Under the pieces are notes generated by a model. That model was not told the origin of the DNA and did no database searches. It saw nothing but the letters and a program-made list of their open reading frames with translations. A DNA stretch of 64,000 nt from Solirubrobacteraceae bacterium (GTDB lineage: Bacteria; Actinomycetota; Thermoleophilia; Solirubrobacterales; Solirubrobacteraceae): positions 106,631-170,630 of the forward strand of contig DATJRS010000112.1 of NCBI GenBank assembly GCA_035504535.1, read 5' to 3'. How positions within the stretch are numbered: position 1 is the stretch's first letter; each line of letters begins with the position of its first letter. This document shows, in pieces, positions 38,365-50,471 of this stretch. The position numbers and the translations under genes are program-made.

Positions 38365-39846
38365 ATGAACGCGACGTCAGACGATGGCGTGGTGGGCGCG
38401 CGACCGTTCCCGCCCGGCTTCCTGTGGGGCGCCTCGACGTCCGCCTATCAAATCGAAGGCGCCGTGCACGAGGACGGCCGTGGCCCCTCGATCTGGGACA
38501 CCTTCGCCCACACGCCCGGCAAGGTGAACCGGGGTGATACCGGCGACATCGCCTGCGACTCCTATCACCGCCTGGACGAGGACCTCGATCTACTCAGTGA
38601 GCTCGGCGTCGGCGCGTACCGCTTCTCGGTCGCGTGGCCACGCGTGCAGCCGACCGGGAGGGGTCTGGTCAACCAGCGCGGACTCGACTACTACCGGTCG
38701 CTCACCGAGGGGCTGCGGGCGCGCGGGATCATCCCCGTCGCCACCGCCTACCACTGGGAGCTGCCCCAGGCGCTCGAGGACGCCGGTGGCTGGGCCAACC
38801 GCGACACGGCCTACCGCTTCGCCGAGTACGCGGAGGTGCTGGCTCGGGCGCTGGGTGACCAGGTGGGCATGTGGATCACGATGAACGAACCGATGCAGAC
38901 GGCGAATCAGGGCTACCGCACCGGCACGCACGCCCCGGGCAAGACCGATCTCGGGCTCGCGGCCGCCGCCACCCACCATCTGCTGATCGCCCACGGCCTG
39001 GCCCTCGAGACCCTCCGCGACTCGTTGCGGGGACAGGTGCCGATCGGGATCGCGATCGACGTCCATCCCGTGCGGGCCGCGAGTCCAGACGCGGCGCAGG
39101 CGGCCGCCGTCGCGGACGCCGAGGACCGCATCTTCCTGGAGGCGGTGCTGCACGCCGCCTACCCGGCCGCCGCGCGCGCCGAGCTGCTCCCTCCCGACGA
39201 GCTGATCGCGCCCGACGATATGGCCTGCATCGCTGGGCCGATCGATTTCCTGGGCCTCAACTACTACCGGCCGGACTACGTGCGGCTCGGCGACTGGGAG
39301 GACCTGCGCCGTGGCGAGAGTCCCCTGCCGGGACATCCGGGAGTGGTCACCTACGTCCCGCCCGAGCTTGGGCAGACGAACATGGGCTGGCTGATCGAAC
39401 CCGACGGCCTCTACGACGCGCTCCAGGCGGTGGATCGGGAGGCGCCGCAGCTGCCGATCTACATCACCGAGAACGGCTGCGCCGTCGACGACTACGTCAC
39501 CCCCGAGGGAACGGTCGAGGACGATGACCGGATCGCCTACCTCGAGGGCCACCTGGACGCGGCCTGGCGGGCGATCCGGGACGGCGTCAACCTGGCCGGT
39601 TACTTCCACTGGTCGCTGATGGACAACTTCGAGTGGGCGCGTGGGTACGCGCGTCGATTCGGTCTGTATTACGTCGACTTCGGAACCCAGCATCGGGTGC
39701 CCAAGCGCAGCGCCGCCTACTACTCCGAGGTGGCGCGAACCAACGTCCTGCCGGCCGGCCACCGGATGCGGCAAGCTTCCGGTCGTGAGCTCGACCACCG
39801 GGCCAGCGCAAGATCTCCGTCGCGGGCTGTTCCTGGCGCCGTTTGA
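38365..39846 (+). CDS. GH1 beta-glucosidase
   Basis: FLWGASTSAYQIEG, TMNEP acid/base, YITENG nucleophile, WSLMDNFEW. Confidence 0.95.
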   Translation: MNATSDDGVVGARPFPPGFLWGASTSAYQIEGAVHEDGRGPSIWDTFAHTPGKVNRGDTGDIACDSYHRLDEDLDLLSELGVGAYRFSVAWPRVQPTGRGLVNQRGLDYYRSLTEGLRARGIIPVATAYHWELPQALEDAGGWANRDTAYRFAEYAEVLARALGDQVGMWITMNEPMQTANQGYRTGTHAPGKTDLGLAAAATHHLLIAHGLALETLRDSLRGQVPIGIAIDVHPVRAASPDAAQAAAVADAEDRIFLEAVLHAAYPAAARAELLPPDELIAPDDMACIAGPIDFLGLNYYRPDYVRLGDWEDLRRGESPLPGHPGVVTYVPPELGQTNMGWLIEPDGLYDALQAVDREAPQLPIYITENGCAVDDYVTPEGTVEDDDRIAYLEGHLDAAWRAIRDGVNLAGYFHWSLMDNFEWARGYARRFGLYYVDFGTQHRVPKRSAAYYSEVARTNVLPAGHRMRQASGRELDHRASARSPSRAVPGAV

Positions 39847-40567
39847 TGAGCTGTCTGACCCGGCGGCGCTGATCGACCTGGCGGTGCGGGCCGAGGCGGG
39901 CGGTTGGGACGGCGTGTTCCTGTGGGATCACATCGTCTATCGCCCGCCGGTCCGCGCCGTGTCCGACCCCTGGGTCGCGATGAGCGGGATCGCCGCCCAC
40001 ACCGAGCGTGTGCGCATCGGCCCGATGGTCACCCCACTCTCGCGCCGCCGGGTGCAGAAGGTGGCCCGCGAGACGGTCACGCTCGACCGGCTCAGCCGCG
40101 GTCGCCTGACCCTGGGCGTCGGCTTGGGCAGCGACAACTCGGGCGAGCTTTCGCCGTTCGGCGAGGTCACCGACGCTCGCGAGCGGGCTCGCCTGCTCGA
40201 TGAGAGCCTGGCCCGTCTGGCCGCGTTCTGGGACGGCGAATTCAAGCCGCCTCCGGTGCAGCAGCCCCGGATCCCGGTGTGGGTGGCGACGCGCTGGCCG
40301 CACCGGCGCCCGCTTCGCCGCGCCGCGCGCTGGGACGGGCTGTTCCCGATCGACCTGCCGGGACCGGAGGCCGTCGCCGAACTGGGTGCCGAGATCGCGG
40401 CGCAGCGGCCCGCGGACGCCGGGCCGTTCGACATGGTGGTGGAGATCGAGCCCGGTGAGGACCCCGGCCCGTGGCACGCGGCCGGCGCGACGTGGGTGCT
40501 CACCGGGTTCGGCCGCGAGCCCCGGCTCGACGAGGTGCGCGCGGCGATCGGCGCGGGCCCAGCCTGA
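39785..40567 (+). CDS. LLM-class flavin-dependent oxidoreductase
   Basis: AEAGGWDGVFLWDH, DPWV, LDRLSRGRLTLGVGLG; GTG start assumed. Confidence 0.88.
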   Translation: MSSTTGPAQDLRRGLFLAPFDELSDPAALIDLAVRAEAGGWDGVFLWDHIVYRPPVRAVSDPWVAMSGIAAHTERVRIGPMVTPLSRRRVQKVARETVTLDRLSRGRLTLGVGLGSDNSGELSPFGEVTDARERARLLDESLARLAAFWDGEFKPPPVQQPRIPVWVATRWPHRRPLRRAARWDGLFPIDLPGPEAVAELGAEIAAQRPADAGPFDMVVEIEPGEDPGPWHAAGATWVLTGFGREPRLDEVRAAIGAGPA

Positions 40568-40573
40568 GCCGGA

Positions 40574-43330
40574 CTACGCGGGGCGCGCCACCGGCTCGGG
40601 CGCGAGCCCCTCGTCACCGACGTCGAGCGCGGCCAGGAACGCCTCGACCACGACCGGGTCGAACTGGGTCCCGGCGCAGCGGATGAGCTCCTCCCGCGCG
40701 GCCTCGGGCGGGAGGCCGTCGCGGTACGGCCGGTCGGCGATCATCGCCTCGTAGGCGTCGGCCACGGCGAGGATCCGGGCCTCGAGCGGGATCTCCTCGC
40801 CGGCGATCCGCTTCGGATAGCCGCAACCGTCGATCCGCTCGTGGTGGGCGATGACCCAGGCGGCGATGTCGGGCAGCCCGGCGTGCTCGAGGATGAGCGC
40901 GCCGATCTCGGGGTGACGCTGGATCTCCTTCCACTCAGCCGCGTCGAGCGCGCCCGGCTTGTGAAGCGTCGCGTCCGCGATCCCGAGCTTGCCGAGATCG
41001 TGCAGCACACCGGCGGCATGGATCCGCTCGACCCGGTCGGGATCGAAGCCGAGGGCCATCGCGGTGTGGCGCGCGTACGCACCCACGGTGCGCGAGTGCT
41101 GTGCGGTGCCGGCGTCGCGCAGGTCGAGCGTCTCAGCCAGCACCATCACGGCGGCGAGGCGCAGCTCGCTGGACTGACCGCCGGCTCCGGCGCCGCCCGC
41201 AGCCTCGCGCTGGGTCTGCTCGACCGCGAGCCCGGCCTGATCGGCCACCGCCATCAGCACCGCCAGCTCGGCGTCGTCGGGCCGCCGGCCGTGCAGCGGC
41301 TGGTCGAGCGAGACCATGCCGAGCGGCTCGCCGGACGCTCCGCGCAACGGCAGCAGCAGCATGTCCATCGGGTGCCAGGCATCGGCATCGGGCGCGGCCG
41401 CCGCCGGCGGCGTCCACATCGAGCTCTCGTCCTCCCACTTGTAGGACCCCTCGGGCAGCCAGACCGCGCCCTGCCGAACGTGCTCGGAATCGAGCAGTCG
41501 CGCGTATTCTGCCCAACCGGTGGAGGTCCCGAGCAGCGTCTGGCGGGCATCCTCATCGCCCTCCACGACGACCGCTCGCAGGTCCTCGCCGGCGTCGTCG
41601 AGGAGGTTGATCGCCACCACCTGGAAGGACAGCTCGGCGCGGATCAGCTGGGCGAGCGCCTCAAGCACGGGCAGCACCCCCTGGCCCAGCGCCGCCGCGC
41701 GCGAGAGCGTGAGCATGCTGCGCAGGTGGCGCGGCGTCGCCCCGCGGCCGTGGGTGCGGCGCCCGTCGTTCTCGCCATCCGCGTCGCCGGTCTTCACCAC
41801 CGCCGAGACCACGCGGTTGCGCCCACCGCGCTTGGCGTCATACAGGGCGGCGTCGGCCCGGGCGAGCAGCTCGCCGTAGCCGCCCTGGCCCGACGCCACA
41901 CCGATCGAGACCGTCACCACCCCGCCGTTGCCGGCGGGGTGGGGCATGGCCACGGCCTCGACCGCGGCGCGCACCCGCTCGGCCGCCGCCCTGGCCTCGG
42001 CCGCGGTGGCGCCCGGCAGCACGAGGAGCAGCTCCTCGCCGCCGAACCGGTAGGCCCGGTCGTGGGTCCGCAGGGTCCCGCGGATCGTGGCGGCGATCGC
42101 GCGCAGCGCCTGATCGCCCGCCAGGTGGCCCATCTCGTCGTTGTACGCCTTGAAGTGATCGACGTCGCACAAAGCCACCGCCAGCGGCGTCCCCAGCTCG
42201 CGGTGGCCCGCCTCGATCTTCGGCAGCTCGTCGGCCAGGGCGCGCCGGTTGCGCATCCCGGTCAGCGGATCGCGGCGGGAGTCCTCGAGCAGCTGCTCGT
42301 TGAGGCGCGCGAGCTCGGCCTCGCGATCGGCCAGGCTGGCCAGCGCCGAGCGCTCGCGCCTCAGCAGCCCGCGCAGCCGGCTCTCGAGCAGGCTGCCCCG
42401 AAGCGCCAGCGACAGCCCCGTGAACAGAAGGCCGAGGAACAGCGCGAAGCGGGTCGTCCGCGACTGATCGGTCAGATAGGCGTGCACGAGCGCGGTCAGG
42501 AGCACAAGGAACAGGGCGGTCGGCAGGATCCCGCCGGTGAGCCCAGGCTCCTCGGTCGAGGTATCGGGCTCGGGCGTCCGGGCCGCCACCGCGCCACCGA
42601 TGCCGATCGCGAGCACCCCGAGCGCCCACATCGGATCCGCCGCGGTCTGGCCGGGGTGATAGCTCTGCTTGAGGAGCTGCTCGCTCCACATGATGAACGC
42701 GCACGCCTGAGCGATGATCCCGCCCAGGACCAGCCGCGCCGGCATCGAGCGCACGGTGGTGACCGCGCCGCCCAGCAACGCCTGGAGCGCCAGGACAGCG
42801 GCGGACACGTACAGGACCGGATACACGAGCGCCGATACGCGAGGCGCCACGGCAAGCATCGACACGTGAGCGTCCTGCCACAGCTCGGCGTACACGAGTG
42901 CCGCCGCGCCGAGAATCACCGGCAGCACCTCCACGGCCGCCACCACTCGGAGGCTCCGCGACCCGCTGTGCATGCGGACGATGCTGAGCGTGGCCAGCAC
43001 CGCGAACGCCCACCAGCCGAAGTCGGCGAGGTTGGGGCTGGCCGGCGCGCCGACGATCCCGAACACGTCCCAGGCCAGCTGACCGAACAGCCACGCGCCG
43101 ACGGCGGCGGCCCACAGCGTCCAGCGCACCCGGTTGGGGCCGGTGGCCGTCCGGCGGGCCATCAGCGTCCCCGCGAGCGCGGCGATCGCCGCCGAGGTCC
43201 AGGCGACATCCCACCACAGAGAGGCGTCTGAGGTGAGCTTGGACAGCAGCATCGCCACCACGCTGAGGCCAGCCGGTATCGCCACCGGCCAGCCCAGCCG
43301 TGGGGTCCCTAACCCATGAAGCTTTTGCAT
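40574..43330 (-). CDS. Membrane-bound diguanylate cyclase/phosphodiesterase (TM-GGDEF-GAF-HD-GYP)
   Basis: About 9-10 TM; DPLTGMRN, RTHD I-site, GGEEL; GAF; HDLGK, HHERIDGCGYP. Confidence 0.93.
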   Translation of the reverse strand: MQKLHGLGTPRLGWPVAIPAGLSVVAMLLSKLTSDASLWWDVAWTSAAIAALAGTLMARRTATGPNRVRWTLWAAAVGAWLFGQLAWDVFGIVGAPASPNLADFGWWAFAVLATLSIVRMHSGSRSLRVVAAVEVLPVILGAAALVYAELWQDAHVSMLAVAPRVSALVYPVLYVSAAVLALQALLGGAVTTVRSMPARLVLGGIIAQACAFIMWSEQLLKQSYHPGQTAADPMWALGVLAIGIGGAVAARTPEPDTSTEEPGLTGGILPTALFLVLLTALVHAYLTDQSRTTRFALFLGLLFTGLSLALRGSLLESRLRGLLRRERSALASLADREAELARLNEQLLEDSRRDPLTGMRNRRALADELPKIEAGHRELGTPLAVALCDVDHFKAYNDEMGHLAGDQALRAIAATIRGTLRTHDRAYRFGGEELLLVLPGATAAEARAAAERVRAAVEAVAMPHPAGNGGVVTVSIGVASGQGGYGELLARADAALYDAKRGGRNRVVSAVVKTGDADGENDGRRTHGRGATPRHLRSMLTLSRAAALGQGVLPVLEALAQLIRAELSFQVVAINLLDDAGEDLRAVVVEGDEDARQTLLGTSTGWAEYARLLDSEHVRQGAVWLPEGSYKWEDESSMWTPPAAAAPDADAWHPMDMLLLPLRGASGEPLGMVSLDQPLHGRRPDDAELAVLMAVADQAGLAVEQTQREAAGGAGAGGQSSELRLAAVMVLAETLDLRDAGTAQHSRTVGAYARHTAMALGFDPDRVERIHAAGVLHDLGKLGIADATLHKPGALDAAEWKEIQRHPEIGALILEHAGLPDIAAWVIAHHERIDGCGYPKRIAGEEIPLEARILAVADAYEAMIADRPYRDGLPPEAAREELIRCAGTQFDPVVVEAFLAALDVGDEGLAPEPVARPA

Positions 43331-43554
43331 CGCTTCGATAATCGACCCGGAAGGGCACGAGCCTGAATTTGTGAGTGGTGGGCGTCAACGCGGGGATGGG
43401 CCGCCTGCGGCGGCGTCCGTGGGGCCACGTTCCCCATCCGGACGGGCATCGTGAGCCCTAGCAAACCGCCGGACGAGGCTTCCCCGGCCCCATGGACGCC
43501 GAGCGGAGCGAGGCCCGTACTAACCGGACCGGCCCGATGGCCGAGCGATCCTGT

Positions 43555-43672
43555 CCGGGTCATCAGTGCACACTCGGCGATCCGCGCTCGCCCAGCGTGC
43601 GCTCGTGACCCGTATGCGTGCGGGAATGCACGTTCGCCGGCGCGACTCTGGCGAGTGTGCGGTTGAGACCAG
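43555..43672. repeat. MITE/REPIN-like element family B copy 2 (inverted)
   Basis: Reverse complement shares CCGCACACTCGCC, GTGCATTCC.GCACGCATA, ATCGCCGAGTGTGC, ATGACCC with 25403-25520. Confidence 0.7.
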
Positions 43673-43690
43673 GGGGAATCTCCCGCCCCA

Positions 43691-43801
43691 CGAAATTTCC
43701 GCCATTCCAGCGGTGGGCCGCAGCTAATTCCGGATTTCTCGTCCCCAGCCCAAGTTATCCGTCACCAGCGCGCCAGCCGTTGCGGAATGGCGGAAATTTC
43801 G
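43691..43801. repeat. MITE/REPIN-like element family C
   Basis: Perfect 18-bp terminal inverted repeats CGAAATTTCCGCCATTCC / GGAATGGCGGAAATTTCG. Confidence 0.7.
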
Positions 43802-43884
43802 GCTCGGGGAGATGCGACTCGTCGGCCGTGGTGGCCCGTCCGGGCGGTATCCGTGGACCTTCGACCTCGCCGTGAGCGAGGGCA

Positions 43885-46497
<2,613 letters not shown>

Positions 46498-46567
46498 CGC
46501 TCGCGATTGCAACCTATCGCTCCGGTCTCGGCGATGGCAACCAGGAGGCGCTTGATAGGTTGGGGTC

Positions 46568-48883
46568 ATGGCCGCTACCGATGCCCCCGCAGCCGGTCGT
46601 CAGTCGGCGATCGGCATCTCCACTCCCCGCCGCGACTCCGAGCCCAAGGTGCGAGGCACCACCCACTACGCGGGCGATCTGAACGTCCCCGGGCTGCTGC
46701 ACGCCCGCCTGTTGCTCGCCCACGACGCCCACGCGTTGATCAAGTCGATTGACACGACCGCTGCCCGCTCGTTGCCGGGCGTGGTGGCGGTGCTGACCGC
46801 CGACGATCTCCCGATCGTTTCGACCGGCCCGGGCCGGTCCAAGAACCCGCTCGCCCGCGAGGAGATCCTGTACGCCGGTCATCCGATCGCGATCGCGGTC
46901 GCGGAGACCGAGGCGCTCGCCGCGGACGCGATCGAGCTGATCGAGCTCGAGCTCGAGCACGTCGAGGCCGTGACCGACGTGGAGGCCGCCGTCCGGCCGG
47001 GGGCGCCGCGCGCCCGTCTGCGCATCATCGAGGAAGGCGACGAGGGCGATCTCGGCGACGCCCACGCCGCGGTCGCCGCCGGAGGCGTCGGCGACGAGGA
47101 GGAGCTGTCCGAGAACGTGCTCGGTACGGCCCGGCTGGCCGAGGGCGACGTCGACGCCGCGTTCGCCGCCAGTGAGGCGGTCGTCCGCGGCCGCTTCCGC
47201 ACGCCGTGGGTGTATCAGGGCTACATCGAGCCCCAGACCGCCACCGCATGGTTCGACGTCGAGGGTGAACTCGTCGTGAGCACCTCGACCCAGGCGCCGT
47301 TCATGACCCGCGATGAGGTGGCCTCGCTGTTCGGCCTGCCGGTCGCCCGGGTCCGCGTCCGCTCCGCTCCCCTGGGGGGTGGGTTCGGCGGGAAGATGAT
47401 GATCCCCGAGCCGCTGGTGGTCTCGGCCGCGCTCGCGACGCGCCGGCCGGTCCGCCTGGCCATGACCCGCAGCGAGGATTTCGCGGCCGCCAACCCGGCG
47501 GGTGCCGAGGTGCTCGAGGTCGAGCTCGGTGCGGACCGCGACGGAAACCTGACCGGGATCCGTACGCGCATCTGGTGCGACCGTGGCTCGACGGACAGCA
47601 TGGGCGTGGAATCGATCGCCGCGATGCTCAGCGCCGGCCCATACCGCTGGCAGGCCCATCATCTGACCTGCTACGGGGTCAGCACCAACCGGGTGACGTT
47701 CGGCGCCTACCGGGCCCCGACCGCACCGCCCGCCGCGTTCGCGGTCGAGTCGATGATCGATGAACTGGCGGGACGGCTCGGGATCGACCCGCTCGAGTTG
47801 CGGTTGCGCAACGTGCTGGTCCCCGGCGACACGACCGTGGCCGGCCAGAAGATGCCCGTGTTCGGGGCGCGCGAGTGCCTCGAGCGCCTCGTCGACCAGC
47901 CGCTGTGGACTGGGCGACATTCGCTCCCGGCCGACGAGGGCGTCGGTCTCGCGATCGGCTGGTGGCCCGGGGGGTACGAGCCGGCGGCCGCCGCCTGCCG
48001 GCTCGACTCCGACGGAAACCTCACGGTCATCACCGGCGTGGCCGACATGACCGGCGTTCAGACGACCTTCGCCGCGATCGCGGCCGAGGCGTTCGGCGTC
48101 AGCCCCGACCGCGTCCGCGTCGCGCACGCGGACACCTCCAGCGCGCCCTACGCCGGGGTCAGCGGCGGCAGCAAGATCACCTACACGGTCGGCCGGGCCG
48201 TCGAAAAGGCCGCGCTCCAGACGCGTGAGCGGCTGCTCGACGTGGCCGCCGAGGAACTCGAGATCGCACCCGAGGACCTCGAGATCGTCGACGGCTCCGT
48301 GCAACCCGTGGGCGTGCCCGGCAAGGCGATGGCGATCGAGCAACTCGCCCAGAAGGTGCTCACGTTCGGGAGCCCGTACCCGCCGGTCGAGGGACAGGGC
48401 CTGGTCTCGCTCCCGCAGGTCCCGCAGTCCGCCGCCCATCTCTCGCACGTGCGAGTCGATCGCGAGACCGGCGCGGTCACGGTCCTCGGGCACGTGATCG
48501 CCCAGGACGTCGGCCGCGCCCTGAACCCCGCGCTCGTCGAGGGCCAGATGCACGGCGGGACGACCCAGGGCCTCGGTTGGGCCCTGCTCGAGGAGATCGG
48601 CTACGACGAGAACGGGCAGCCGATCGCGGGCTCGTTCGTCGAGTACGCGATGCCCACCGCCGGCGTGGTGCCGGCGATCGACACCGAGATCGTCGAGGTG
48701 CCCGCCCCCGAGGGGCCGTATGGCGCCAAGGGCGTCGGTGAGGCGCCGGTGATCGGCGCCCCCGGCGCGGTGGCCAACGCGATCGCGGCGGCCACCGGCG
48801 GCGTGCGCCTGCGCCGGCTGCCGATGACCCCCGAGCGGGTGTGGCGGGCGATCGCCGATGGCAACGGCTCCACCCCCGAGTAG
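46568..48883 (+). CDS. Xanthine dehydrogenase-family molybdopterin-binding large subunit
   Basis: QGYIEP, GGGFGGK, AYRAP, GGS, VEGQMHGG, GAKGVGE. Confidence 0.92.
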   Translation: MAATDAPAAGRQSAIGISTPRRDSEPKVRGTTHYAGDLNVPGLLHARLLLAHDAHALIKSIDTTAARSLPGVVAVLTADDLPIVSTGPGRSKNPLAREEILYAGHPIAIAVAETEALAADAIELIELELEHVEAVTDVEAAVRPGAPRARLRIIEEGDEGDLGDAHAAVAAGGVGDEEELSENVLGTARLAEGDVDAAFAASEAVVRGRFRTPWVYQGYIEPQTATAWFDVEGELVVSTSTQAPFMTRDEVASLFGLPVARVRVRSAPLGGGFGGKMMIPEPLVVSAALATRRPVRLAMTRSEDFAAANPAGAEVLEVELGADRDGNLTGIRTRIWCDRGSTDSMGVESIAAMLSAGPYRWQAHHLTCYGVSTNRVTFGAYRAPTAPPAAFAVESMIDELAGRLGIDPLELRLRNVLVPGDTTVAGQKMPVFGARECLERLVDQPLWTGRHSLPADEGVGLAIGWWPGGYEPAAAACRLDSDGNLTVITGVADMTGVQTTFAAIAAEAFGVSPDRVRVAHADTSSAPYAGVSGGSKITYTVGRAVEKAALQTRERLLDVAAEELEIAPEDLEIVDGSVQPVGVPGKAMAIEQLAQKVLTFGSPYPPVEGQGLVSLPQVPQSAAHLSHVRVDRETGAVTVLGHVIAQDVGRALNPALVEGQMHGGTTQGLGWALLEEIGYDENGQPIAGSFVEYAMPTAGVVPAIDTEIVEVPAPEGPYGAKGVGEAPVIGAPGAVANAIAAATGGVRLRRLPMTPERVWRAIADGNGSTPE

Positions 48884-50093
48884 AACGTTCTATACGGTCG
48901 CTGAACCGCTCGCGGGCTGGGCGACCGGATTCGATCCCTCCGCGGAGGACCTAGCGCTCGCCCGGCGCTCGCTCCTCGACACGGTCGCGGTCATGTGGGC
49001 CGGACGGCGCCATCCCCTGTGCCGGGTGTTCGGCCGGCTGTCGGAGGCGGGCCGCCTGGCCGCGCTGGCGCACGTGCTCGACTACGACGACCTGCACCTG
49101 CCCTCGACCACGCACATCAGCGCGGTGTGCGTGCCGGTGGCGCTGAGCTGCGGCGGCGACGCCCGGGCCTACCTGGCCGGCGCCGGTGTGATGGCGCGCC
49201 TCGGCGCCGCGCTCGGCTGGCGCCACTACGAGGCCGGCTGGCACGCCACCTGCACCGCCGGAGCATTCGGCGCCGCGGTCACGGCTGCGGTGGCGCGGGG
49301 GCTGGACGCTGAGCGGACCGGCGTGGCCATGGCGCTCGCGGTTCCCGCCGCGGGCGGCGTGCAGCGCGCGTTCGGAACCTCCGCCAAGTCGCTCCAGGTC
49401 GGCTTCGCCGCCGAGGCCGGGGTGCGCGCGGCAGCATTGGCCCAGGCCGGAGCGAGTGCCGACGTGGGTGCGCTCGAGGACTGGATGGGGCTGGTCGGCG
49501 GCGATCCGGCGGCGCTCGCGGCCGCGGCCGCGGTCGCCGTCCCGGCGGTCCCGGGCGGGTTGGCGATCAAGGTCTATCCGTGCTGCTACGCGCTCCAGCG
49601 CCCGATCGCGGCCGTCGCCGAGTTCGGCATGGAGTTCAAGCCGGACGCAGTTCGTTCAATTCGAGTCACGACCCCGGCCAGCTCTCTGGCGCCGCTCATC
49701 CACAGCCGGCCGAGCACCGGCCTTGAGGGCAAGTTCAGCCTCGAATACGCGATCGCCGCGGCGTTGCTCGACGGCCGTCCCGGGTTGGCCAGCTTCACCG
49801 ACGAGGCGGTCGGGCGACCGGAGGCCGCGCGCCTGGTCGAGCTGGTCGAGACGGTTCCGCTCCAGGGCGGGGCCGACCTGCTGGCGGGCGAGGTCGAGAT
49901 CGAGGTGACGCTCTCAGACGGCGAGTGCCTGCATGCGCGCCTGGAGCTACCGCCGGGCGCGCCCGGTCGCCCTCCGACCGACGAGGAGCTGCGCGGGAAG
50001 CTCGAGCTGTGCGCCGGCGGCGAGGCCGACCGGATCGCGGCGCTGTCGTGGGAGGCGGCCGCCGCTTACGTCCACAACCGCTTCATGGCCTGA
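48858..50093 (+). CDS. MmgE/PrpD family protein
   Basis: AHVLDYDD..H, GWHAT, KVYPCC, GKFSLEY. Confidence 0.9.
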   Translation: MATAPPPSRTFYTVAEPLAGWATGFDPSAEDLALARRSLLDTVAVMWAGRRHPLCRVFGRLSEAGRLAALAHVLDYDDLHLPSTTHISAVCVPVALSCGGDARAYLAGAGVMARLGAALGWRHYEAGWHATCTAGAFGAAVTAAVARGLDAERTGVAMALAVPAAGGVQRAFGTSAKSLQVGFAAEAGVRAAALAQAGASADVGALEDWMGLVGGDPAALAAAAAVAVPAVPGGLAIKVYPCCYALQRPIAAVAEFGMEFKPDAVRSIRVTTPASSLAPLIHSRPSTGLEGKFSLEYAIAAALLDGRPGLASFTDEAVGRPEAARLVELVETVPLQGGADLLAGEVEIEVTLSDGECLHARLELPPGAPGRPPTDEELRGKLELCAGGEADRIAALSWEAAAAYVHNRFMA

Positions 50094-50127
50094 CGGCGGC
50101 CGCGGCTGAACTGATCCCCGGTAGCTT

Positions 50128-50295
50128 CTAGTGCGCCACCTGCGCGAGCTGGTCGCGCCACTTGGCCAGTTGAGCGCGCTGGCATGCGGAGCACGTGCCG
50201 ACGTGGGCGGCGTGGCCGCAAGCCTTGGCTGCCTGACCAAGCTGGACGCGCACCGGCTTCGTGCTGGTGGACGAAGTCTGGGTGCGTAGCATCAT
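50128..50295 (-). CDS. Small 55-aa Cys/His protein (absent from ORF track)
   Basis: Hand translation MMLRTQTSSTSTKPVRVQLGQAAKACGHAAHVGTCSACQRAQLAKWRDQLAQVAH*; CxHxxHxxxCxxC; upstream sigma28-like promoter. Confidence 0.6.
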   Translation of the reverse strand: MMLRTQTSSTSTKPVRVQLGQAAKACGHAAHVGTCSACQRAQLAKWRDQLAQVAH

Positions 50296-50341
50296 GTGTA
50301 TCCCGGTCTCAGTAGGACTTTCAGAACTGAATCTGAGCCCT

Positions 50342-50368
50342 TTATCGGCCGCACGCGCGAGGGGTGTA
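50342..50368 (-). promoter_or_regulatory. Sigma28 (FliA/WhiG)-like promoter
   Basis: TACA-N15-GCCGATAA versus consensus TAAA-N15-GCCGATAA. Confidence 0.55.
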
Positions 50369-50471
50369 GCCGGTAGCGGCGCTCTACCCGGAATTAGTAG
50401 AAACTAGACCCCGCGCGAGATCTCTCGTGTAGCGTTAGAGCGAGAGAGGGCGTGCAGATGAGCCGGCAACC

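Noticed and set aside
40841-43231. Long antisense ORFs (also 869-2410, 5464-7284, 13893-15956, 46514-48553, 61190-63361)
   Set aside because: Typical stop-poor shadow frames of high-GC coding DNA; no motifs or RBS
46568-48883. Aerobic CO dehydrogenase CoxL form I
   Set aside because: Lacks AYxCSFR and adjacent coxM/coxS
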